DNA of 64,000 bases from Octopus sinensis (taxonomy: Eukaryota), in the NCBI RefSeq assembly GCF_006345805.1, contig NC_043017.1:310001-374000 (forward strand), written 5' to 3'. The notes beneath the pieces were generated by a model. The model searched no databases. It was not told where the DNA came from and saw only the letters and a list, made by a program, of their open reading frames with translations. This document shows positions 37,858 through 49,056 of the stretch, in pieces. The position numbers were made by a program, and so were the translations under genes. The first letter of the stretch is position 1; the number at the start of each line of letters is the position of its first letter.

Positions 37858-38340
37858 AACAAAAAACAAGATGAGGACACATATCAAATGTAAATAATGT
37901 AAATAATACATGATACATTTAAAAAAGACGATAAGGAAAATTGGAAATGTGTTGAGACTGTCAAAGGAAAATGTTCATGAATCTTCACTTGAGTGAATTT
38001 GAAAACAGATATTCCTGGTGGGAATCAATGAATAACATTTACCACTATGAAGAGTTGAGTTTTACTCGACTGCTGTTTCTTTATATCACTTACAGACTTC
38101 AATATTTCTAGTGTACTTTTTCTTGCAATTAAAAAGAAACTTAAATACATTTCAATTAAAAGAGAGTAATGGGTGTTTCGCATCACTGTAGAGATCCTTG
38201 TAGACACAAATGGATGATTTTAATTTATCTGGGTTAATATTTTCTTTTCTTGATGCTCTCAATAATGTCACGTTTATGTCCTGCAACTTAGATCGATAAA
38301 ATGAGGAACAGGCTTGAAGAATAAGTAATGGAGATGATAT

Positions 38341-38739
38341 TCTTTTTCTACTCTAGACATAAGGCCCGAAATTTTTGTGGTGAGGGGCCAGTCGATTATA
38401 TCGACCCCAGTACACAACTAGTACTTAATCTATCGACTCCGAAAGGATGAAAGGCAAAGTCGACCTAGGCGGAATTTGAACTCTGAACGTAACGGCAGAC
38501 GAAATACCTATTTCTTTATTACCCACAAGGGGCTAAACACAGAGAGGACAAACAAGGACAGACACATGGATTAACTCGATTACTTCGATCCCAGTGCGTA
38601 ACTGGTACTTAATTTATCGACCCCGAAAGGATGAAAGGCAAAGTCGAACTCAGCGGAATTTGAACTGAGAACGTAACGGCAGACGAAATACCGCTAAGCA
38701 TTTCGCCCGGCGTGCTAACGATTCTGCCAGCTCGCCGCC
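38341..38739 (-). mobile_element. SINE family B, dimeric form
   Basis: Same head-body-tail a-restart-body-tail b order as 28444-28800. Confidence 0.8.
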
Positions 38740-39688
38740 TTAATAAGGAAAATTATATTATTGACTAAATAATTTCAAGGTGATACTCCAGCATGACCGC
38801 AGCCTAACACAATTTGAAAACTTAATTCTATAGTTAGGAATTGTGATTTGCTTATGTAATACGATTTAAAATAATTGATTTACTTCTTTTTCGCTTTATT
38901 ACATTTTTATGGATGTGAAGAAAAGCTATTTGTTTACATATGGAATTATGAACAGAAGATGACATTTAAAACAGAAGCGAATCTTGTAATATTAAGCATT
39001 ATAATTTATGTTTAATATACAAATAAACTTTATAGTTAAACAAATTTTTTACATTCATGACTTCTTCAGAGTAATATGGCTTTTTTTTTTAATAACAGGG
39101 AGGAAAAAAAATTAAACTGGGCAGTCCTGTACTTAATCAATCATTATATTATCGATGACATTGAAAATATCAAAAATGAGGCTAACTTTGAATGTTCTTG
39201 ATAAAAAATAAACAAGTATTGTACGCGTTTTCTTTTTTCATAACTGTATACTCACTTTTGTACCCAACAGTATATGATAATGTATGAAAAACCCATTAAC
39301 ATGGGAAATTTGATGAAGAAATATGAGAAAGAACAAAATTCTCAAACTTTAGAACACTTTAACTTTTTCATATGTTTTTACGTCTTGGATAAACAAACAC
39401 GACCCAGAAAAACAGCGTTTTGCTTTTCACTCGTTTTAGTTATAAGACTACACTCAGGCTGGGTCAACGAACCGCTAAGTTACACATCAGCACCAGTTGT
39501 CAAGGCCCCAGCAACAGTCATTTGCCACAATTAGTATGTTAAAAACGTTGAATATTTTCCAATAAATCATCATTTTATACAAAAATTTGCCATTTTGAAT
39601 CATTATTTCAAACAAATTAGAAAGTCACGGTGAGTGTGTTAAATAATGAGGCACTAAATGAGAATGATTCTCCCCAGACACAACAAAA

Positions 39689-39778
<90 letters not shown>

Positions 39779-40094
39779 AATATGCACACACACGCACACA
39801 CACATATATATATAATTATTATTTGAGGGAATAAAATCCAAACTTACAAGGAAAAAGAATTCAATTTAGAAATACTAAATCAAATTCCACACAATATAAT
39901 ATATATAAAATATTAGAAAAAAACCACCTTTTTATGTGGTTAGCTTATGTAAGGAGTTTGTCTATATTTGAAACATTTTTTATTTTGATTACAATATAAT
40001 GACTTGTTATAGCTTTGTGTTTTTTATTTAATTTTAAAGTATTTAATTATTGAATTATTATTTTATTTTTCAATTATGCATATTTAGAATTTTC

Positions 40095-40189
<95 letters not shown>

Positions 40190-40194
40190 TATAT

Positions 40195-40523
40195 ATATAT
40201 ACGTATATATACGTATATATACGTATATATTAAAGTATATTTATTAATTAATTATTTTACTGTTCTATTATATTTTTAACCTGATGAGCGACTATATTTA
40301 TATGCAAGTGATTTCTCTTCTACTATAATCATTTCTTAATATAGCAGCGAAACACGTGTCGTTTTTCTACCTATTACATACATTATATTATTCTTGTAAT
40401 TTACTTAATCTTTTCTTTTTAATTGTTATTTTAATTTTAACTTTTCTATTATATGTAATTTTCTAGATGGTGTAATTTAATTATTCATTTTGAATTGATA
40501 AAAGGTGTTTTATTCTAATATTT

Positions 40524-40585
<62 letters not shown>

Positions 40586-40900
40586 GTATATATACGTATA
40601 TATACGTATATATTAAAGTATATTTATTAATTAATTATTTTACTGTTCTATTATATTTTTAACCTGATGAGCGACTATATTTATATGCAAGTGATTTCTC
40701 TTCTACTATAATCATTTCTTAATATAGCAGCGAAACACGTGTCGTTTTTCTACCTATTACATACATTATATTATTCTTGTAATTTACTTAATCTTTTCTT
40801 TTTAATTGTTATTTTAATTTTAACTTTTCTATTATATGTAATTTTCTAGATGGTGTAATTTAATTATTCATTTTGAATTGATAAAAGGTGTTTTATTCTA

Positions 40901-40915
<15 letters not shown>
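40195..40915 (+). repeat. Near-identical tandem duplication (period 383 bp), each unit carrying a hammerhead
   Basis: CTGATGA at 40281 and 40664; GAAACACGTGTC ends at 40360 and 40743. Confidence 0.85.
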
Positions 40916-40939
<24 letters not shown>

Positions 40940-40941
<2 letters not shown>

Positions 40942-41613
40942 CAATAGTAAGCTGAGCGAGACGCAAATAGAAGCAGCACGGAATCATGAAGTATATTTAC
41001 AACCTAAATGAGGCGGACCCATAGGGGGCGATGTTACTTTTGTTTATAGCCCCAGGAAGATATCTCCTCCAGCTGGCTAACGACACACTGTCTGTGTCTG
41101 ATTAGTATTTGCGAGGGGAGATCGTTGTTGCCATCTGTAGTCTTACGTGATACACACAGATCCGGGTTTCTGAGTAGAAACCCGTCATCAACGTGTAACA
41201 ATCACCAGCTAGCGATGAGAACTGATACCAAACACAAAATACTATATGCTTCTTTCAGTGACAAACTGTGCTGCTACTGTTTACGTCTCGCTCAGAGATT
41301 ATTATTGCTTGTTTCTCTTTTTTCGAGATCAGCAACAGTTTGTGACTGGAAAAAGCAGAGAGTATTTTGCGTTTGGAATGAGTTCTAATCGCTAGCTGGT
41401 GATTGTCACACGCTGATGCTGGGTTACTACTCAGAAACCCGGGTCTGTGTGCATCACGCAAAGCTAGAGATGGGAACGACGATTTCACTTCATAAATACT
41501 AATCGGACACAGATAGTGTGTCGTTACCCAGCTGGAGGAGATCTCTTCCTGGGACTATAATCAACAGTAGCATCGTCGCCCATGGGTCCGCCACATTTAG
41601 GTGACAAATATAC
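40940..41613. mobile_element. Fold-back element with ~280-bp arms, a hammerhead in each arm and a permuted segment
   Basis: Arms 40991-41273 and 41330-41613. Hammerhead consensus cacacg-CUGAUGA-UGGGU....ACUCA-GAAAC-CCGG-GUC|ugugug at 41153-41196 (-) and 41407-41451 (+), each copy with 1-2 core changes. Confidence 0.8.
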
Positions 41614-41714
41614 TATACATATATATATGCATGTATGCATGTATGTATGTGTGTATATATATATATGTGTAAATATATATATATATGTGTGTGTATATAT
41701 CTATAGTACAATTT

Positions 41715-41880
41715 TATAGAAAACGAAAAACGAAGGCAGGTGAGGGACACAACGAGCAGGTGTATTAGTTTGACGCTCGAGAAAACTGGAAAAGTGTTGA
41801 CGTTTCGAGCCTACACTCTTCGACAGAAAAGGATGAGAGGAAAAAATTGGAGAGAGAACGAAAAAAAAAACGGAGAGAGA
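41715..41880 (-). mobile_element. Diverged copy of the 47839 family with a degenerate hammerhead
   Basis: GACGTTTCGAGCCTACACTCTTCGACAG versus AACGTTTCGAGCCTACGCTCTTCAACAG, with shared flank AAAACGAAGGCAGGTG. Confidence 0.65.
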
Positions 41881-42048
41881 AAAAATGTGTGTGTGTGTGT
41901 GTGTGTGTGGTGGTTTTGTATGTGTGAATGTTATAATTGTTATTCCTTAGGTTTATTGCTGTAGTTTATATGTTCGACCTTGTTCATTTTATTTCTCATC
42001 CATGTTAATCAATTACGATTGTAACAACATCCGTTGCTTCATTTTCAG

Positions 42049-44053
42049 ATATCGAAGTGAGAAAACCAAAATTCAGTGCGTATCGAAGCGGTCGTTGTTT
42101 ACCTGCCTGATATTGTTTGCCGTATTTGCATTAATGTTTACAATGTTTAACTTACACGATACAGACATAAAAGACTTGTCTGATGACGACGAATCGAAAC
42201 GTTCGGCATTTCTTGTTGATTCAAAATTTTGTCGGATACCCAATATGGATCCGTTTGAATCTTCACTGAAATCCTTTTTCCACATACACAAATGGAAAGC
42301 TTGTCCAAGTAAATCTCTTGTGTTTCAAGACGAAAATGCTTTACGTGTTAACCACAGTGTTATCAAAAGATGGTATAACAACACATTTAAGATTTGTCAC
42401 GTTTGGCCTATAGTACGAACTATTGATGACAGACATATCCTTTACAAAAAGAAGTTTTTAGAATTTAAGACGGACATCTTAATACCTCACGATTACATCA
42501 AAGTAAAGTGTTTCAATAAGCGTAACAGAGTAATTTTTACCAATTACCATGCTTTTATTCAGAAGAAAAAAACATCAGAGAGGAACCATACAAACAGCAG
42601 TTCTGTGTTTAAATTATTAAAAACCAATCCGTATTCAGCAAGAGCGAAAGTTCATATGGACGTCATGTTACTTGGTATTGATTCTGTATCACGGTTGAAT
42701 TTCATGAGACAGCTACCGGAAACACGACAGTATCTATTACAGAAGGACGCCATTGAAATGAACGGGTATAATAAGGTTGGTGATAATACGTTGGTGAATT
42801 TGGTACCATTGCTGACCGGAAAATATCTTAAAGATTTACCATGGAACGAATCTTTAGGCATGCTCCCTTTTGATAAATATGATTTCTTGTGGAAAAAATA
42901 CCATAGAAATGGTTTTAGGACAATGTTTGCGGAAGATGCGCCTGTTTTAGCTACATTTAATTGCGCCAAATATGGATTTAAGGTACAACCCACAGATCAT
43001 TATTTTCGACCAGTTACTCTGGCAATCGGAAGGGATAATTCAGTTTGGTCGATGAAGCGGAGATGCGTTCGAGACCGTAGTATAACAGACATGGTGCTAC
43101 AATATACTTATGATTTTGTTAGGACCTATAACGACACACCACATTTTAGTTTATCATTTATAACCTCCCTCACTCATAATGATATGAATAATGCAGGTTA
43201 TAGCGATCTAGAATACCAGAGGTTTTTCCACAAACTTTTCAAGCATCAGCTCATAAAGCACACTTTTGTGATATTTTTTTCGGATCATGGAATTAGGTTT
43301 GGTTCGTACAGATCAACATATCTCGGTAAACTGGAAGAAAGACTTCCGTTTATGTTCCTTATTCCCCCTCATTGGTTTAAACAGAGTTTTCCACACATGT
43401 GGAATAATCTTAAATCGAACTCGCATCGCTTAACCACACCGTTCGATATTTACGAAACACTGGTAGACATACTGGATATGAAGAAAGCAATGAAAAGAGA
43501 CCACAATGAAGAAATTGAGTCGACGCAAAGGAAACGAATTAGTTTGTTTCGAAAAGTGCCACTGAATCGTACATGTGAGGAGGCGACAATTTTACCACAT
43601 TGGTGTACATGCCATGAATCCAAACCTGTAAAAATTACCGACAGTATCGTCGCCAAAGGAGCGCAGTATTTAGTCAAATGTATAAACAAGAAAACATCGC
43701 AGCTACGTAACTTATGTGATCAACTAGAATTGGTCAGCATCAAAGACGCTGTCATCATGGCAGCCAATACAAACCTATTGAGATTCGTTCGGAATAGGAA
43801 CTACGTGATCAACCGCCATGTTGTGTACGGCAATAAAGTGAATACTATTATCAAAGATTACCAACTGACGATACAGACTAATCCAGGTGGGGGTCTTTTT
43901 GAAGGAACCGTGAGGTACGATAGCAAAACAAAACATTTCAGTCTTTTAGGGGACATCAGTCGAACAAACAGGTATGGCGATCAAGCTCGGTGTGTTTCGA
44001 ACGCAAGAAAATTCTGTTTCTGTCGTTCCAACACAACTTCTCTAAGCTCTTAA
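42049..44053 (+). CDS. DUF229-family (alkaline phosphatase/sulfatase superfamily) type II membrane protein, large 3' coding exon
   Basis: Open frame of ~670 codons: N-terminal hydrophobic anchor, [77 protein letters not shown] acceptor at 42048 suggests the start codon is in an upstream exon. Confidence 0.9.
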
Positions 44054-44119
44054 GTATTGCATTGTATAATGTACATAAGAACACCACACGCACACACACA
44101 CACACACTCACTTTTACAC

Positions 44120-44128
44120 GCATGTATG

Positions 44129-44216
<88 letters not shown>

Positions 44217-44217
44217 C

Positions 44218-44249
<32 letters not shown>

Positions 44250-44323
44250 GTATGTATATATATATATATATATATATATCTATCTGTATATGTATGTATA
44301 TATATATATTTATGTATGTATTA

Positions 44324-44399
<76 letters not shown>

Positions 44400-44422
44400 C
44401 ATATATACATACATATATATAT

Positions 44423-44502
<80 letters not shown>

Positions 44503-44513
44503 TACATATATAC

Positions 44514-44577
<64 letters not shown>

Positions 44578-44605
44578 CATACATACATATATACATATAT
44601 ATAAA
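44120..44605. repeat. (TA)n/(TATG)n compound microsatellite
   Basis: Directly visible. Confidence 0.95.
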
Positions 44606-44613
44606 TAAATAAT

Positions 44614-44760
44614 TGCAGGAGGTGCAGATGAGGGCAGCTGCATCGAATTCTCTCATGCACCAGATGGCAATTGCTAAAAAGCATTCGTGAAGTAAAATCA
44701 TGTAGCAACACCAAATGGCGGTGCCCCAGCATGGCCACAGCCTGTGAGCTGAAACTAAAT
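44614..44760 (+). mobile_element. 3'-terminal fragment of the CR1-group LINE
   Basis: Matches 63813-63955. Confidence 0.85.
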
Positions 44761-47738
44761 ATAAAAAAAAATATATATATACATACATAAATGAGGTGAG
44801 GAACGAAATCCTTCGGAGGGATGTCTCCAAGTCGGCCGCTTCAGTCCTAGTAAAGAATATACATGAAAAATATATATTCAGTATTTGCGAAAACAATAAA
44901 TGAAGTAGAAAGAAAGGAAAGAAGTTGTAGGTGTAGCCAGGTTGGTAGAGATCCAATCTAAATTCTTCAAATTACTTCGGAGTCTAATTAATTCCAAAGA
45001 CAAAAACGAAAAACGATTGAAATAAAAATTAGATTCTTCGTCAAGAATTGCATATTGGTATGAATAAATACGATCAACAAAACTATACAAAGAGATTTCG
45101 TGGCCCAGACGGGATCGAACGAATAATCCTTTCTACCATAGATACAAGGCCTGAAATTGCGCTGAGAGGGATAGTCGATTACATCGATCCCAGTAGTCAA
45201 CCGATACTTAATTTATCGACCCCGATATTTGAACTCAGAACGTAGCGGCAGACAAAATACCGCTAAGCATTCCGCCTTGTAGGCTAACGATTTCGTCAGC
45301 TCACCGCCCTCGGGAACGAACAAATAATAATAGAAAGAAAGATAACAAGAACGCCAGACAATTCAAAACCAGAAATTTATATATATTTATATATAAACCA
45401 CTCCAGCGTTTTATTAGCATTACACTTTACGTTATGTAAATATCTAGTAAAAACAGATAAATTTAATGAAACAAAAATTATCTAGGAAAATAATAAGGTT
45501 ATCTAATTAAAACAATTAAGAAATTGAAAGCAGTGTTCAACGCATCCAAGGATCCCAGGGATTCTGGCTTTTGAGCAAATTCATCAAATTACAAATTCTT
45601 TGTAATCCCGAAAGGGTCATTCAGAAACTGTCCCCGAGTCCTTTTACTTTCCTTTCGTCGTTCATATCGGTGGATATGTTGTTACACATTGTTTATTTGG
45701 TAATTTTTATAAACGTAGGGAAGTCGTCTATCAAACTAAAGTTATTTCTGAAGGTAATGATTACTTTTATATTGGTTATTCTGCTAATTATATTAAAAAA
45801 AGGGTTTTGAACCATTACCATTCCTTTAGGATCAGAAATAGGGCTTCTACTAGTCTTAGTAATTTCATCTGGAATCATAAAATTAATAATAAAATGGAGC
45901 ATTTTAAGGACAACGCCGGTTTATAGGATTGGTAATAGGTTCTGCTTTCTTTGTTCTGAAGAATTATTTTTGATTTTATTTTCCAGAAGAAGGCTGCTAA
46001 ACTCTAAATCTGAAGGGGTTTTTTGCTGTGTCCGTAAGAATAAATGTGTGTTTAAAAATTTTAAATTAGGATATTTTTTGTAGGTGTTTTATTCTGTCTG
46101 GTTTTATTTTGATTCAGTGGCTTTTGAGAGTTTCATAAATTCGGTTTCACCCTTTCTATTTACTACTCAAGTTGGTGCCTCTCGCATTGCTTTTTTAATT
46201 AAAAAAATTTTTTACATTTAAAAATTTCAAAAATTTTAAATTTAATTTTTAAGATACTGTGAGTACTTTAATTTTGTTCATCTGTGATTGTGGGACGGTG
46301 AATTTTTTCACATAATTAATTTATTATCTTACAACCGTTTTGAAATTTCTATATATTTATTAGCTGACCCTGTGCCGCTTATAATTGATGGCTAATTGCT
46401 ATTTAAATAAGGTACAAAATGAGGTACAAAAATAATCCCAGATACAAGCATTCACATATTTCCCAAGGACACACAGACACACAGACATCTACTCAAACAG
46501 AATTGAAATGATTACAGTTTTTTATTTTCAGAGTTGTAGGTTTCCATTACGCACGCACACACACACACACACACGCACACGCACATACATACACATACAA
46601 ATTTTCACATACCTCCCTTTTTCATACATACACATATACACATATACTCACACACAGTTGAATGGCCCTTTCTTCTTTTTTACTCTATTTGCCCCTTCCT
46701 TTCTCAGTCACATGATGAGAACTGAAGATACACTCAACGTTCTTCTTTCTGAAACGGTTACTACTTTCTCTCACTCTTTCAGTCATGGCTATTACTCTAT
46801 CTACCTCTCCTTCACTGATGTATTACTATTTTCTCTCCTCTCCCTTCACTTTCTTCGTTCTACTGTTTTACTTGTTGATGGCTATTTTGTAAACAAAATA
46901 ATTTATTTTATTTTTATTTTCGTTTGATATTACCATATTATTAACTTTGAATTAGGACATTTATTACTTTTTAGTTTGTAGTTATTAATCTTTAATTTCT
47001 TAATCTTAATAAAACGCTGGAGGGTTTTTATATATTTTTCTAATTTTGAATTGTCTGTTGTTCTAATTATCTTTCGTTCTATAATTATCTTTTCGTTCCC
47101 GTCTGGGCCACGAAAGATCTTTGTATATTTTTGTTGGTCATAATTATTCATACCAATATGCAATTCCTGACGAAGAATCTAACTTTTATTTCAAGAGTTT
47201 TTCGTTTTTGTCTATGGAATTAATTAGACCTGGATTATGAATTAAAAATCTACACCTACAATTTTTTTTCCTTATACTTCATTTATATATATATGTGGTT
47301 CTTAAAAGAACAATGTGTCAGCTATAGGATGTACTGGAAAATTTTAGCCAAGTGTAAACCTTATACCAACAGTAGGGGAAAAGTGCAGTCTTTGTAATAT
47401 GGAAAGATGGGTCACCTGGAAAAGTTCCTTGGACAACGCAGGAGGTTTATGTCTAGGTATTGTGAGAATATGTTTGCGTGTATTTTTTCATCTTTTTACT
47501 TTTTCTTTTATTTATCTATTAGAGTAACTTTTCTTCTATTCAACGTTTTTTTTATAACGTCTGTTGCCATTAATAGCCAACGAGAATGCATCGTAGCTCT
47601 TCGCTCCGACATTCGAAACTCTGAGTACTATAATGCCAACTTACTGTTTGTTCTAAATTATAATATATATATATACATGAATACATACATATATGTGTGT
47701 ATATATATATACACACACACATATACATATATATATAT

Positions 47739-47786
<48 letters not shown>

Positions 47787-47838
47787 GCATATATATATAC
47801 ACACATATACACATATATATACATATATATACATATAT

Positions 47839-48700
47839 AACGGGAAGCTTTATGAAAATAGACAAAAGACGAAGGCAGGTGGAAAACAAACGAACAATTG
47901 TATTAGTATGGCGCTCAAGAAATATAAATAAAACAAGTCTTTAACGTTTCGAGCCTACGCTCTTCAACAGAAAGATACACAGAGAGAAAAAAAACACAGA
48001 AAGAAGGAGAGAAAAAAAATGCGTGCAGTAGCTAACGAATCAACATGGCGATATATATATATATATCTGCAGTCCTCCACTGCAGATATCACCAGTTCTG
48101 ACGCTTTTGAGCCCACTGGAGACGTGCCCGTCGATGACGTCGAAAAGACAGACTGAAAGATCTCAGCCGGCGTCGAACTGTCTCTGCACAAATGGATCTG
48201 TGGTGAGTCCCTATGCTCTGCCGAGCTGATTCCGTTACCCTCCGGAATCGCTCCCGCAAGTGCGCTCGGTCGGTGCCGGTGGCGATCTTGACGTGCCGTT
48301 CTAACCTCGGTCGGTCATTGCGTGGGCGAATGACAGGCTGATAAACTTGGGTGCTTTTATACCCAGTGAGTCAGCGTTTTGCACGTGCATCATGCTTTTC
48401 AAAAAGATGCGTTCGCGAGTATTACCTTGTGTTTTCAAAAGAGAGTGGTGCGTAGGTCAGTGATATCTTCCTCGTGTCAAATTACCTATAAATGTGATAA
48501 AATCCGCATAATCTCAATATGGTGTGTGAAACAAATAATCATTTACAGAGCGACGTTTCTGTTGTTGTTCAGTATGTGTATATATATATATATATATAAG
48601 ACTTGCTTTATTTATATTTCCTGAGCGCCGTACTAATACAATTGTTTGTTTGTTTCCCACCTGCCTTCGTCTTTTGTCTATTTTCATAAAGCTTCCCGTT
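47839..48700. mobile_element. Fold-back element (~104-bp arms) with a variant hammerhead and a GC-rich internal cassette
   Basis: Arms 47839-47941 and 48598-48700. Hammerhead-like ucuuu-CUGUUGA-A-GAGC-guag-GCUC-GAAACGUU|aaaga at 47938-47975 (-). Confidence 0.75.
48328..48373 (-). promoter_or_regulatory. Candidate Pol II core promoter: AP-1 site, TATAAAA, Inr
   Basis: TGACTCA (48373-48367), TATAAAA starting at 48361 and TCATTC with +1 at 48331, exactly 30 nt apart. Confidence 0.5.
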
Positions 48701-49056
48701 ATATATATATATATATATATACATATATGGATAGATAGATAGATAGATAGATAGATAACTTTTTATTGTAGCTACACAGGGCTAAACACAGAATAAAAAT
48801 GGACGAAATACAATGTAGAATTTTTTCTTTTCGAGGTGGGATGGGTGGGGCAAAAAAAAAAAACAAAAAAAACGTTTGATCAATAGAGATCTGTGGGTTG
48901 TGTGGTGTATAAAAAAGCACCATATATATATATATAATATTCACAGTTTAGGTGTAGCCTTGGAAAGAAAAACCTACAAAAAAGACCAAGGTCACCTCAG
49001 ACAGTTCGAAAAAGAACACATGAGTAAGTCGCCTTACTTCTCGTTGTCTCTTTTGG

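Noticed and set aside
42002-42048. ATG at 42002 as the DUF229 start
   Set aside because: It lies upstream of a strong TTTTCAG acceptor and is probably intronic, though this cannot be excluded without RNA data.
47161-47225. CTGACGA with AATTC/GAATT flanks
   Set aside because: No GAAA or stem III in the required place.
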